Notes: generated from the sequence alone by a model not told the origin. 64,000 nucleotides of DNA from an uncultured Actinomycetota bacterium (GCA_963770565.1 CAVYQE010000001.1:992001-1056000); one strand, 5' to 3'. Counted from the stretch's first letter, positions 18,721-28,368 are shown. A program made the numbers and translations.

Positions 18721-20457
18721 ATGAGCGAGCACGGCGCGCCCGAGGTGCGACGCGCGGCCGACGCCGCCTCGGAGCCGGCGCGGCTGCGTCTTGACGTGCT
18801 GCTGGCCGAACTCATGGAGCGCGCCAGCGAGGTGCTCGATACCCAAGGCCGGTTGCGTGCGTTGCTCGATGCGGTCGTGTCGATCGCGGAGGACCTGGCC
18901 CTGGAAGCGGTGCTGCAGCGGATCGTCACCGCCGCGTGCGACCTGGTCGGAGCGCGGTACGGCGCGCTCGGGGTGCTCGCGCCCGACCATCGGACCCTGA
19001 GCGACTTCATCACGGTTGGCCTGACCGCCGAGGAGGTGGAGCGGATCGGTGACCTGCCGCAGGGCAAGGGCATCCTCGGCGTCCTGATCGACGCGCCAGA
19101 GCCGCTCAGCCTGGGTCAGCTCGGCGCGCACCCGAAGTCCTTCGGTTTCCCGCCCGGCCATCCGCCGATGTCGACCTTCCTCGGGGTGCCGGTCCGGATC
19201 CGCGACCAGGTGTTCGGCAACCTCTACCTCACCGAGAAGGACGACGGAAAGAGCTTCACTGAGGAGGACGAGCAGCTGGTCGTCGCGCTGGCTGCAGCCG
19301 CAGGCGTGGCGATTCAGAACGCGCAGCTCTTCGACATCCAGCAGCGCCGGCAGCGCTGGCTGACGGCTGGCACCGAGGTTCGAGCGGCCACGACGACCGG
19401 CATCGCGCAGCGCGACTTGTTGGATCTGGTGGCCCGGGAGGGCCGGGTTGCCGCCGTTGCCGACCTGATGGTCCTCGGCATGCCCGACGACGACGGTCGA
19501 TTGGTGGTGCGGGCCGCGGACGGTGCGGACGCCGCCCGCTTTGCCGGGCTGCCGATGAGCGGGCCGAACTCACCCGCCGACCAGGTGGTCAGCACCGGCA
19601 AGCACCTGGTGCTGACCGGTGCCGACGCCGGTGGTTGGCTGGTCGGTGAGACCGACCAGCGATATCGGCTCGCCGTCCTGGCCCCGCTCGGCGGTGACGA
19701 GTCGGGGTCGGCCATTGGCGTCCTGGCGGCCGTCTACAACCGCAGCGTGCATACCGCCGCCGACGACCTCGGCCTCCTGGTCGGGTACGCCGGGCAGGCC
19801 GCGATCGCGCTGCAGCTGACCCGCGCGCGGGCCGACCGCGAGCGGCTGGCGATCCTCGAGGACCGCGACCGGATCGCCCGGGACCTTCACGACCTGGTGA
19901 TCCAACGGCTGTTCGCCACCGGGATGACCCTGCAGAGCGCGGCACCGCGGATCTCCGACCCGGAGGCCGGCCGGCGGATCGCGACGGTGGTCGACGACCT
20001 CGACGCCACCATCCGTGAGCTGCGCCAGGCGATTTACCAGCTGCAGGCGCCCTCGGTCGATGAGGATCTGAGAGCCGACATCCAGCGGGTGGTGGACGAG
20101 GTGGCTGGCGCCTCGGACGCCCGGGTCCGCCTGCACTTCGTCGGCCTGGTGGCCTCGGCCGTGCCGGAGCAGATCCGGCCGCATCTGCTCGCGGTCCTGC
20201 GGGAGGGCTTGTCCAACGCGGTTCGGCACGCCGGTGCGCGCTCGATCGACGTAACGGTCGAGGTCGACCGAGCAGTGGCCGTCACGGTCGCTGATGACGG
20301 CGTCGGCGTGGATCCGGCGGTGACCCGGCGCAGCGGTCTGGCCAACCTCAGCGCCAGGGCGGCGGAGTTCAACGGCAACTGCGAACTGCTCCCCGGCGAG
20401 GGCGGGACCGGGTCGCGACTGGTGTGGCAGGTGCCGTTGGACGGCAGCGAAGCCTGA
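18721..20457 (+). CDS. dosS: DosS/DosT-like GAF-GAF sensor histidine kinase
   Basis: GARYGALGV, heme-ligand motif GFPPGHPPM, H-box DRIARDLHDLVIQRLFA and ATPase E.LSN.VRHA/DDGVG. Confidence 0.88.
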   Translation: MSEHGAPEVRRAADAASEPARLRLDVLLAELMERASEVLDTQGRLRALLDAVVSIAEDLALEAVLQRIVTAACDLVGARYGALGVLAPDHRTLSDFITVGLTAEEVERIGDLPQGKGILGVLIDAPEPLSLGQLGAHPKSFGFPPGHPPMSTFLGVPVRIRDQVFGNLYLTEKDDGKSFTEEDEQLVVALAAAAGVAIQNAQLFDIQQRRQRWLTAGTEVRAATTTGIAQRDLLDLVAREGRVAAVADLMVLGMPDDDGRLVVRAADGADAARFAGLPMSGPNSPADQVVSTGKHLVLTGADAGGWLVGETDQRYRLAVLAPLGGDESGSAIGVLAAVYNRSVHTAADDLGLLVGYAGQAAIALQLTRARADRERLAILEDRDRIARDLHDLVIQRLFATGMTLQSAAPRISDPEAGRRIATVVDDLDATIRELRQAIYQLQAPSVDEDLRADIQRVVDEVAGASDARVRLHFVGLVASAVPEQIRPHLLAVLREGLSNAVRHAGARSIDVTVEVDRAVAVTVADDGVGVDPAVTRRSGLANLSARAAEFNGNCELLPGEGGTGSRLVWQVPLDGSEA

Positions 20458-20733
20458 TCAGGCAGCGGGCAGGACGACGGCGCGGCCTGCGCTGTCATAG
20501 ATCGCGCCACCGATCCGGCTCAGGACCGAGCTCGAACGGCGGTAGTGGTGGGCGCAGAGCAGGATCTCGATCGGTGCGGTCACGTCCGCGGTAGGCGGCA
20601 GTACGGCCTGAAAGGCCGGCTTGCCCGGGCAGCAACACGATCCCGATGACGGCGCAACGGCGCGCCAGACCAGACGGGGCCATGGCCGGTTGTCAACGGT
20701 AGGTGCTGAGCAGTCGTTGTTCGGTGTCGCCAT
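20458..20733 (-). CDS. Small Cys/His-rich hypothetical protein (CCC...LLCAHH), possibly Zn-binding
   Basis: SCCCPGKP...ILLCAHHY; purine-rich RBS before ATG at 20733. Confidence 0.6.
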   Translation of the reverse strand: MATPNNDCSAPTVDNRPWPRLVWRAVAPSSGSCCCPGKPAFQAVLPPTADVTAPIEILLCAHHYRRSSSVLSRIGGAIYDSAGRAVVLPAA

Positions 20734-20836
20734 TGGGGTTCCTTCCCTCATTCCTGAGGGTGCCCGCTCGGGTGCCGCCTTAGGCAGAGCAATGCGGCCC
20801 GATCTGGGTGCGGCGATGGTCCTGTCCCGGTGGGCC

Positions 20837-23545
20837 TTAGGGCCCGGCGGTCGAAGGTCCGGGGGACAGCCGGCGTACGAAGGGATCGGGCCCGCCGGCG
20901 GGGGCCAGTCGCACCTTCACGTCGACCGCGCACGCGCCGGTCGGGGAGGCCAGCACCGGGTTGAGGTCGAGCTCGGCGAGCTCGGGCACCTCGACCGCGA
21001 GCTGCCCCACCCGCAACAGCAGGTCGGCGAGGGCTCCCTCGTCCACCGGTTCCGCGCCCCGGTAGCCGTACAACAGCGGCGCGGCGCGTAGCGATCGGAT
21101 CTGAGCCCGGACCTCGGCCCGCCCCAGCGGCGGAAGCCTGAAGCTGCGGTCGGCGAGCAGGTCGGTGGCCACCCCGCCGAGCGCGAACATCGCGATCGGG
21201 CCGACCGCCGGGTCGTTCACGATCCCGACCGCGGTCTCGACTCCGGCCGCCAGCATCGGTTGTACGACGACTCCGGAGTCGGCACCACAGGCCTCCTGGA
21301 TCGCAGCGACGGCGGCGACCACGTCGTCCGGCGTTTGCAGGTCGAGCTTCACGCCACCGATATCGGTCCGGTGCAGGACCGCACCACCCGCGGCCTTGAT
21401 CACGACCGGGAATCCGATCTCGGTCGCGGCCGCGACCGCTTCCGCGGCGGTGTTGGCGCGCACGGTGGTGACGACCGGGACGCCATAGGACGAGACCAGC
21501 GCCGCCGCGCGGTCGGTGTCGAGCCAGCCGCCTTCCGGCTGCTCCTGAAGGAAGGCGGTGACGAGCTCGCGCGCCGCGCGCCGGTGGATTCCTCGCAGCA
21601 GCGGAGGCCGGGGCTCGGGTGTCCGGCGCCATTCCGCGTAGCCGACGACGGCCCCGAGTGCGGTGGCAGCCGTCTCCGGGAAGGCGAAGCAGGGGATCAG
21701 CGAGCCGGCGCCTTCGCGCTGAAGCGGTTCGGGTGCCTCGAGCTGGCCGAGGAATACCCCGATCAGGGTCTTGGCGGGGCGCTCAGCGGCAAGGCGGGCG
21801 AGCGATGCCGCGACGGTGTCGGTGTCGGTGTCACTGAGCGAGGTGTGCACGACCATCACGATGTCGACCTCACCGCTGCGCATCAGCATTTCGGCCGCCG
21901 CGGCGAGCACGCCGGGGGCGCCACCCGCGGTGCTGTCGATCGGGTTCCCGGTCGCCGCGTGCGGCGGCAGGATTCGCGCGAGCTCGCTGCGCGTCTCGGT
22001 GGAGAGCTCGGGAACGACGAGGCCCGCGGCTGCGCTCGCATCAGCAGCGAGTGCTCCCGGCCCGCCGCCGTTGGTGACGATGCCGATCCGCCGGCCGGCG
22101 GGCAACGGCGCATCGGTCACGATGCTCACGATGTCCATGACCTCGCTGAGGCTCTCCGCCCGCATGACCCCGGCCTGCGCGAACAACGCGTTGATCGCCA
22201 CGTCGGGGGTGGCCGCGGCCGCAGTGTGCGACTTGACGCCGCGAGCACCCGCGCTCGACCGCCCGGCGGTGACCGCGATGACCGGCTTCACCCGGGCCAC
22301 CCGGCGGGCGACCCGAGCAAACTTCCGGGCATTTCCGAACGACTCGAGGTAGAGCACGCAAACCCTGGTGTCGCTGTCGCGCTCCCAATACATCAGCAGG
22401 TCGTTGCCGCTCACGTCCGCCTTGTTGCCCATCGAGACGAAGGTCGACAGGCCGATCCGCCGGCGGGTCAGGTAGTCGAGCAGCGCGAGGCCGACGCCGC
22501 CCGACTGGGAGGCCAGGCCGACCGAACCGGCAACCGGTCGGGTCTCGGCGAACGTCCCGTTCATCCGAACCGCTTCGTTGGCATTGACGATGCCGAGACA
22601 GTTGGGTCCGACGAGTCGCATGCCGGCCCGACGGGCGGTGGCCAGGATCGCGGCCTGCTGCGCCTTGCCCTTCGCGCCGAGCTCGGCGAAGCCGTCGCTG
22701 ACGATCACCGCGCCGTACACGCCGATCGAGGCGCAGTCCTCGATCACCGCGGGCACCTCGGGCGCAGGTACGGCGATGATTGCCAGGTCCGGGGGGTGCG
22801 GTAGGTCGCGAAGTGACCCGACTCCGGGAATGCCGCTCACTTCGGCGCCCGACCGGTTGATCGCATACAAGTCGCCGGTGAACCCACCGCTGACGAGGTT
22901 GGCGAGGATTCGATGACCGATGCCGGATCGGCCCGCCCCGACGACGGCGACGCTGCGCGGCGCCAGTACGCGGTCGAGGGAGGCGTGCTCGGCGATCGAC
23001 TCACGGTCCTCGACCGCCAGCCGCCAGGCCGGTCGGTCGGCGACCGCGAACTCCACCTCGACGACCGCGTGCGCCAGGTCCTCGTGGATCTCGGCGCCGA
23101 GATCGCGCAGGACGTGAAGCATCGAGAGGTTCTCGGCCAGCACGTCTGCCCGCAGCCGCCGGTAGCCCATCGAGCGGGCCGCGCCGACGAGCTGCTCGAG
23201 CAGCAGCATGCCGATCCCATTGCCGTGGTGGCTGTCGTCAACGAGCATCGCGAACTCGGCGGTGCCGGGCTTGTCGGTGGCCTCGATGCAGCCGACGCCG
23301 AGCACCGTGGACTGGTCGATCGCGACCAGCGCGTCGTGATCACCCGAGCGCGGGCGCAGCATGCGTTCCACGTCCTGGTGCCCGGCCCGCTCGGAGTAGG
23401 TGAAGAAGCGCAGCCGGAGCGACTCCGCCGCCGTTCGCTCGTAGAGATCGGTGAGGCCGGCCTCGTCGGACGCCTGAACCGGACGAATCGTGACCACCGT
23501 GCCGTCGGTCAACAGGACGTCGGACGACTCCAGAGCAGGCCTCAT
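20837..23545 (-). CDS. GNAT N-acetyltransferase / ADP-forming acyl-CoA synthetase fusion (Pat-like)
   Basis: N-terminal GNAT (SLRLRFF, AEFAMLVDD..HGNGIG), CoA-binding GPNCLG, SQSGG and GNKADVSGND, C-terminal ATP-grasp ELDLNP. Confidence 0.9.
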   Translation of the reverse strand: MRPALESSDVLLTDGTVVTIRPVQASDEAGLTDLYERTAAESLRLRFFTYSERAGHQDVERMLRPRSGDHDALVAIDQSTVLGVGCIEATDKPGTAEFAMLVDDSHHGNGIGMLLLEQLVGAARSMGYRRLRADVLAENLSMLHVLRDLGAEIHEDLAHAVVEVEFAVADRPAWRLAVEDRESIAEHASLDRVLAPRSVAVVGAGRSGIGHRILANLVSGGFTGDLYAINRSGAEVSGIPGVGSLRDLPHPPDLAIIAVPAPEVPAVIEDCASIGVYGAVIVSDGFAELGAKGKAQQAAILATARRAGMRLVGPNCLGIVNANEAVRMNGTFAETRPVAGSVGLASQSGGVGLALLDYLTRRRIGLSTFVSMGNKADVSGNDLLMYWERDSDTRVCVLYLESFGNARKFARVARRVARVKPVIAVTAGRSSAGARGVKSHTAAAATPDVAINALFAQAGVMRAESLSEVMDIVSIVTDAPLPAGRRIGIVTNGGGPGALAADASAAAGLVVPELSTETRSELARILPPHAATGNPIDSTAGGAPGVLAAAAEMLMRSGEVDIVMVVHTSLSDTDTDTVAASLARLAAERPAKTLIGVFLGQLEAPEPLQREGAGSLIPCFAFPETAATALGAVVGYAEWRRTPEPRPPLLRGIHRRAARELVTAFLQEQPEGGWLDTDRAAALVSSYGVPVVTTVRANTAAEAVAAATEIGFPVVIKAAGGAVLHRTDIGGVKLDLQTPDDVVAAVAAIQEACGADSGVVVQPMLAAGVETAVGIVNDPAVGPIAMFALGGVATDLLADRSFRLPPLGRAEVRAQIRSLRAAPLLYGYRGAEPVDEGALADLLLRVGQLAVEVPELAELDLNPVLASPTGACAVDVKVRLAPAGGPDPFVRRLSPGPSTAGP

Positions 23546-23579
23546 GCACCGAGGGTGGGGTCGAGGCGGGCCGGTCGCC

Positions 23580-23597
23580 TAGGGCCGAACGTCCCGA
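23580..23597. promoter_or_regulatory. DosR-like box upstream of the Pat-like gene and PAS gene
   Basis: TAGGGCCGAACGTCCCGA. Confidence 0.7.
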
Positions 23598-23732
23598 TGT
23601 CAGCGGTCCAAGGCGGCTGAATTTGCGGACTGTTGGTTTGGTCGAACGGGTTTGGCGTGCCACAGTGATCATTAGCACCGGAGCCTCCTACCCGGACCCG
23701 TAGCGATCGCCGGCGATTCCCCATGAAGGGCG

Positions 23733-24464
23733 ATGACAGCGATGGCACGACCCGCCCGTCCCAGCGTGACCAAGGCGGGGGCGGATCCAGCCCTGATGCA
23801 CTCCACCGAGCCGGACAGCCTGCGCCCGCTCTCGGATGCGATGGTCACCGATGCCCTGCTCTGGGCGTTGCTCGATGCGGTTCCCGACGGTCTCGTCCTG
23901 GTCGACACCGACGGCCAGATGCTGCTCGTCAACACCCACCTCGAGGAGATGTTCGGCTACGACCGGGGGGAGTTGCTCGGGCAGTCGGTCGACTTGCTGT
24001 TGCCGGAACGGGCCCGTACGACGCACGCCCAGCATCGGGCCGACTTCATCGAGGATCCCCGGATCCGGGCGATGGGGCTGGGGCTCGACCTCGTCGGCCG
24101 GCATCGCGACGGCCATGACATCCCGATCGACATTCGGCTCAGCCACCTCGACACCTCCGACGGCCTCTGCGTGATCGCTGCGGTGCGCGAGGACAGCGCT
24201 CGCCGGATCGCGATCCAGGACCGTGAAGAGGCGAGCCTGTCCGATCAGAACCTGCGGATCGCGCGGGAGCTCGGCGACACGGTGGTCCGCAGCATCTACA
24301 GCGCAGGCCTGCGGCTGCACACGTTGATGCCCCAGACGACCGAGTCGATTCGAACCGAGATGACCGCCCTGGTTGCCGACCTCGACGCGATCATTAGCGA
24401 GATCCGCAACATCCTGTTCCCGATCGGCGAGTCGGCCCGCCCGACGGAGCCCCGGTCGAGCTAG
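23733..24464 (+). CDS. PAS-domain protein with a degenerate HisKA_3 helix and no ATPase domain
   Basis: PAS (VPDGLVLVD..G...VN...MFGY...ELLG.SV.LLLPER) followed by RIARELGDTVVRSIYSAGL. Confidence 0.8.
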   Translation: MTAMARPARPSVTKAGADPALMHSTEPDSLRPLSDAMVTDALLWALLDAVPDGLVLVDTDGQMLLVNTHLEEMFGYDRGELLGQSVDLLLPERARTTHAQHRADFIEDPRIRAMGLGLDLVGRHRDGHDIPIDIRLSHLDTSDGLCVIAAVREDSARRIAIQDREEASLSDQNLRIARELGDTVVRSIYSAGLRLHTLMPQTTESIRTEMTALVADLDAIISEIRNILFPIGESARPTEPRSS

Positions 24465-26086
24465 TCGCCGGCCAGATCCCGTCGCGACAGTGCGACGCCT
24501 CCGGTGACTGCGGCCAGGGCGCCGACCGCGACGAGCACCGCTGCGCTCGTGAGGTCGGGCGCCCGGGCCGGCGCAGCGGTCATCTGATGCAGCAGCGACG
24601 TATCGAGCAACCAACGGCTCGACCCCACGATCCCGGCCAGCAGCTCGACCAGGAACGACCAGGCGATGACGGCGTACATGACGGCACTCGCCGCCCGCGG
24701 CCAGAGGCCCAGAGTCAACGTGCCGATGCCGACCAGGCAGAGGGCGGGCGGGATTGTGTTGAGACCGGCACCGAGCAGGCTGGTCACGCTGATCCCGGTC
24801 TGGTTCGCGGCAGTCCCCAACCAGCTGAACACCCCCGCCGTGAGTCCCGACCCGATCACCACCGCAACCGCCACGACCAGCTTGCCGGCCAACCAGGTGG
24901 TCCTGGAGACCGGCCGGACCAAGAAGTGGTCCAAGTGCCCGCTGGACTCTTCGTGGCGGGCCGCGGTGATCTGCCCGGTCGCCACGGCCATCACCAGGAC
25001 CGCCACGATCAAGAACGAGATCGCGAGGTAGGACTTTGCCTGCGCGCCGGACCCTCCCAGCCGGATCAACGCCTGGCCGGCGCCGGAGGTGTCCTGTAGC
25101 GACTTGACCGCTTGCTTGGTCACCGAGCCGATGAGCAGCGCCTCGGCGGCAACGGCGGTCAGCCAGCCGATGACGCTCGGCCGCACGAGCCGCACCGTGA
25201 GCCCGATCGGACCGGTGAGCAATCTCACGTTGGCACGGCCGTCGGCCCGGTCGCGCAGGGTGCCGGTGCCGATATCGCGTCGACCCGCGAGCTGGATGGC
25301 GAGCCACGAGAGAAAGACGGTGAGCGCGGCAATCGGAAGCAGGGCCAGTGGCCGCGGGTTGGCGAACGGTTGCAGGGTTTCCACCCAGCCGAGCGGGCTG
25401 GCCCACCGCAGCCACCCGACACCGCGGGCGGCGTCGGCGACCGCCCGGATCGCGAAGCAGACCCCGAACAACCCGCCGGTGAAGCTTGCGGCCTGCCGAC
25501 GGGTCGTGGCGAGCTGGCTGGCGAGCGCCCCGGCCGCTAGGAACATCGCCGCACCGCACACCACGCTGACCGCGAAGAACAACGCCGAGCCGACCGGCCA
25601 GTCGGTGGTCGAGCCGCGCCCGACCGCGACCGTGATGACCGCCGTGACGGCGAACATCGCGGCAAGTGCGGCCGACAACGCAAGCAACGCCTGCGCGGTG
25701 GCCCGGCGGGGTGTCGTCTGCCCGGAGAGCAGCAACTCCCAGCGCCCGGCGTCTTCCTCGCCGCGCAGCAGCTTGGTGGCCGTGAGCATTCCCCAGACCG
25801 CACCGATGATCGTCAGGACGGCCAGGCTCTTCCAGGCGGTGTAGCCGGCCACGTTCTGGAGCTGATGCCCGGGGCCCATCAATGCGGTCAGTCCGCCGGA
25901 GGAGAACGATCTCGCCAACGTCTCCCGTTGTGCGGCCGTCTTGTACGCCGAGGCGTAACCGTAGGCCTGCAACGCGACGTAGACGCCGAAGACCACACCC
26001 CATAGCAGCCCGGACCGTAGAGACCTGCGCATGGTCTCCCGGGTGACGACCGTACGTGGCCGGAGCTGCGCGGTCGGAGCGGTCAC
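24461..26086 (-). CDS. Large ABC-2 exporter permease (Rv1217c-like)
   Basis: RGEEDAGRWELL and EESSG repeats, RRDI/RRDL termini, many TM segments. Confidence 0.85.
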   Translation of the reverse strand: MTAPTAQLRPRTVVTRETMRRSLRSGLLWGVVFGVYVALQAYGYASAYKTAAQRETLARSFSSGGLTALMGPGHQLQNVAGYTAWKSLAVLTIIGAVWGMLTATKLLRGEEDAGRWELLLSGQTTPRRATAQALLALSAALAAMFAVTAVITVAVGRGSTTDWPVGSALFFAVSVVCGAAMFLAAGALASQLATTRRQAASFTGGLFGVCFAIRAVADAARGVGWLRWASPLGWVETLQPFANPRPLALLPIAALTVFLSWLAIQLAGRRDIGTGTLRDRADGRANVRLLTGPIGLTVRLVRPSVIGWLTAVAAEALLIGSVTKQAVKSLQDTSGAGQALIRLGGSGAQAKSYLAISFLIVAVLVMAVATGQITAARHEESSGHLDHFLVRPVSRTTWLAGKLVVAVAVVIGSGLTAGVFSWLGTAANQTGISVTSLLGAGLNTIPPALCLVGIGTLTLGLWPRAASAVMYAVIAWSFLVELLAGIVGSSRWLLDTSLLHQMTAAPARAPDLTSAAVLVAVGALAAVTGGVALSRRDLAGD

Positions 26087-26991
26087 CGGGAGTCCGGGCC
26101 GTCGGTGGCGGCGTGACCGTAGTGAGCGAGGAACAGCTCCTCGAGCGAGGGTTCGCGGCTGAGCAGCTCGTGCACACCGGCGACGGCGAGGACCTTCAAC
26201 AGCGGCTCGATCGTGCCCTGGACCTGGCAACGGACCGTGTGCCCTTCGACCACCACTGCGCTGACGCCGGGCACCCGGGTCAGGTCGGGTATTGACCCGT
26301 CAAAGGTTGCCTCGACGGTCAGCGAGGACAGGTGGCGAAGATCGGTCAGGGTGCCGATGTCGACGAGCCGGCCCGCGCGCAGGATTCCGACCCGGTCGCA
26401 CAACGCTTCGACCTCGCTAAGGATGTGGGAGGAGAGGAAGACGGTCTGCTCGCGCTCCTTCGCCTCGTAGATGCAATGGCGGAAGGCTTGTTCCATCAGC
26501 GGGTCGAGACCATTGGTCGGTTCGTCGAGCAGCAGCAGGTCGGGGCGGGTCATCAGCGCCGCGATCAGGATCAGCTTCTGCCGGTTGCCCTTGGAGTAGG
26601 CGCGCACCTTCTTCGCGAGGTCGAGGTCGAAGCGGTCGACGAGCTGGTCGCGATAGGGCTCGTCGACCTGGCCCTGCACCTGACCGAGCAGATGCAGCGT
26701 CTCGGCGCCGGTCAGCGATGGCCAGAGGCTTGCCTCGCCCGGGACATAGGCCAGCCGTCGATGCGCGGCGACCGCGTCCTGCCGGCAGTCCAGACCGAAG
26801 ATCTCGGCCCGGCCGGCACTCGGGTGGATCAGCCCGAGCAACAGCCGGATCGTCGTCGTCTTGCCGGCGCCGTTCGGGCCGAGCACGCCGAGCACCTCAC
26901 CGGGCGCGACCTCGAGGTCGAGCTCGCTCAGCGCTGCGACATGGCCGTAGTGCTTGGTGAGCCCGTACGTGCGGATTGCGGATAACGGCAT
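26083..26991 (-). CDS. ABC exporter ATP-binding protein (Rv1218c-like)
   Basis: GPNGAGKTT, YSKGNRQK and LDEPT.GLDPL motifs; AGGAGG RBS. Confidence 0.92.
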   Translation of the reverse strand: MPLSAIRTYGLTKHYGHVAALSELDLEVAPGEVLGVLGPNGAGKTTTIRLLLGLIHPSAGRAEIFGLDCRQDAVAAHRRLAYVPGEASLWPSLTGAETLHLLGQVQGQVDEPYRDQLVDRFDLDLAKKVRAYSKGNRQKLILIAALMTRPDLLLLDEPTNGLDPLMEQAFRHCIYEAKEREQTVFLSSHILSEVEALCDRVGILRAGRLVDIGTLTDLRHLSSLTVEATFDGSIPDLTRVPGVSAVVVEGHTVRCQVQGTIEPLLKVLAVAGVHELLSREPSLEELFLAHYGHAATDGPDSR

Positions 26992-27044
26992 CGGCGTACC
27001 TCCTGTGTCTGGTGCCAGTACAGAGCGAACCGGCCGGGACAAAC

Positions 27045-27129
27045 AGGGCAGAAGGTCCCGAACTGGTGGTGCGCGGACGCTTCGCCGATCTGGGACCTCT
27101 GGCGAGGGTTGATGGGACCTTCGGTCCTG
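27045..27129. promoter_or_regulatory. Cluster of DosR-like boxes in a divergent promoter
   Basis: AGGGCAGAAGGTCCCG (27045-27060), TGGGACCTTCGGTCCTG (27113-27129) and a half-site near 27091. Confidence 0.65.
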
Positions 27130-27237
27130 TCGGCCGAGCGACCCGGTCGGCAGTTTGATACCAGCCGGCCATCGCTGGATGCGCTCGGCAGGCGACCCGG
27201 ATCACCGGGCCATCATCACTGAAGGAGTTGTTTTCAG

Positions 27238-27804
27238 ATGAAGCGTCGGACATTCGATGCGCTCTTGGCGTCCGTCGGTGTGGCCATTGCGGTCGTCCTG
27301 CTGGTCGCCGGCGGCCTGCTGACCTGGGCCCACTCGTTCATCTCGGGACAGGTGCACGACCAGCTTGCCGCGCAGAAGATCTTCTTCCCGCCGGCGACGG
27401 CGTTTGACCACGCGAAGGTCGGCACCGAGATCACGCCGGACATGAAGCAGTACCTGGGCAAGTACGCCGGCAAGCAGATGACGACCGGCAACGAGGCCGG
27501 CGCCTACGCGAACCACTTCATCGCGGTTCACCTCCAGGAGATCGGCGGCGGCCAGACTTACGCTCAGCTGTCCGCCAAGTCCCTTGCCGACCCGACCAAC
27601 ACCGCGCTCGCCGGCCAGGTCGAGACCGTCTTCAAGGGGGAGACGCTGCGCGGCCTGCTGCTCAACGCCTACGCGTTCGGCAAGATGGCCACGATTGCCG
27701 GCATCGCCGCAATCGTCGCGTATATCGGTGGCGCCGTGATGTTGCTCCTCGCGGCACTCGGGTTCGTGCACCTGCGCCGGACCCCTGCCGACAAGCAGAT
27801 CTGA
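27238..27804 (+). CDS. Conserved actinobacterial two-TM membrane protein of unknown function
   Basis: N- and C-terminal TM helices with F.GETLRGLLLNAYAF motif; AAGGAG RBS. Confidence 0.8.
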   Translation: MKRRTFDALLASVGVAIAVVLLVAGGLLTWAHSFISGQVHDQLAAQKIFFPPATAFDHAKVGTEITPDMKQYLGKYAGKQMTTGNEAGAYANHFIAVHLQEIGGGQTYAQLSAKSLADPTNTALAGQVETVFKGETLRGLLLNAYAFGKMATIAGIAAIVAYIGGAVMLLLAALGFVHLRRTPADKQI

Positions 27805-27811
27805 CTCAGCT

Positions 27812-27847
27812 CGGACGGCTCCGCAGGCACCTCTGCGGGGCCGTCCG
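27812..27847 (+). terminator. Hairpin terminator
   Basis: CGGACGGCTCCGCAG-loop-CTGCGGGGCCGTCCG right after the stop codon. Confidence 0.7.
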
Positions 27848-27877
27848 CATGAGTCAGGGTCTTTGTTCGCTTGCCAT

Positions 27878-27893
27878 CGGGCCGTTTGACCCT
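27878..27893. promoter_or_regulatory. DosR-like box upstream of usp
   Basis: CGGGCCGTTTGACCCT. Confidence 0.55.
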
Positions 27894-27943
27894 AGGGTCG
27901 GGGTTGCTCGCGGGCAAGGCTTGACTCAACCGAGGAGGTTGAA

Positions 27944-28363
27944 ATGACGAACGAGCAGACGCAGACCGTCGTGGTCGGCGTCGACGATTCACCGCACTCC
28001 ACCGCCGCCCTGCACTGGGCGGACAACTACGCCGAGACCACCGGGGCTTCGCTGCGGGTAGTCGTGGCGTGGGAGTGGGCGATCGCCTACGGCCGTCCGA
28101 TGGCTTTCGAGGGATACAACCCCGACCTCGACGCCGGTGCGATCGCCGAAAAGGCGGTCGCCGAGCTGAAGACACCGCGCGACCGCATCACGATCGTCGT
28201 ACCGGAGAGCCCGCCAGGCGAGGCGCTGGTCAAGGCCAGCGATGATGCCGACCTGCTCGTGGTCGGTCGTCACGGTCACCGGACTGCGACCAGCCTGCTA
28301 GTCGGTTCGGTGAGCAACTACTGCCTGCACCACGCGAAGGTGCCGGTCGTCGTCGTTCACTGA
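27944..28363 (+). CDS. Universal stress protein
   Basis: VVVGVDDS, ADLLVVGRHGH and VGSVS motifs; GGAGG RBS. Confidence 0.93.
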   Translation: MTNEQTQTVVVGVDDSPHSTAALHWADNYAETTGASLRVVVAWEWAIAYGRPMAFEGYNPDLDAGAIAEKAVAELKTPRDRITIVVPESPPGEALVKASDDADLLVVGRHGHRTATSLLVGSVSNYCLHHAKVPVVVVH

Positions 28364-28368
28364 ACGCC

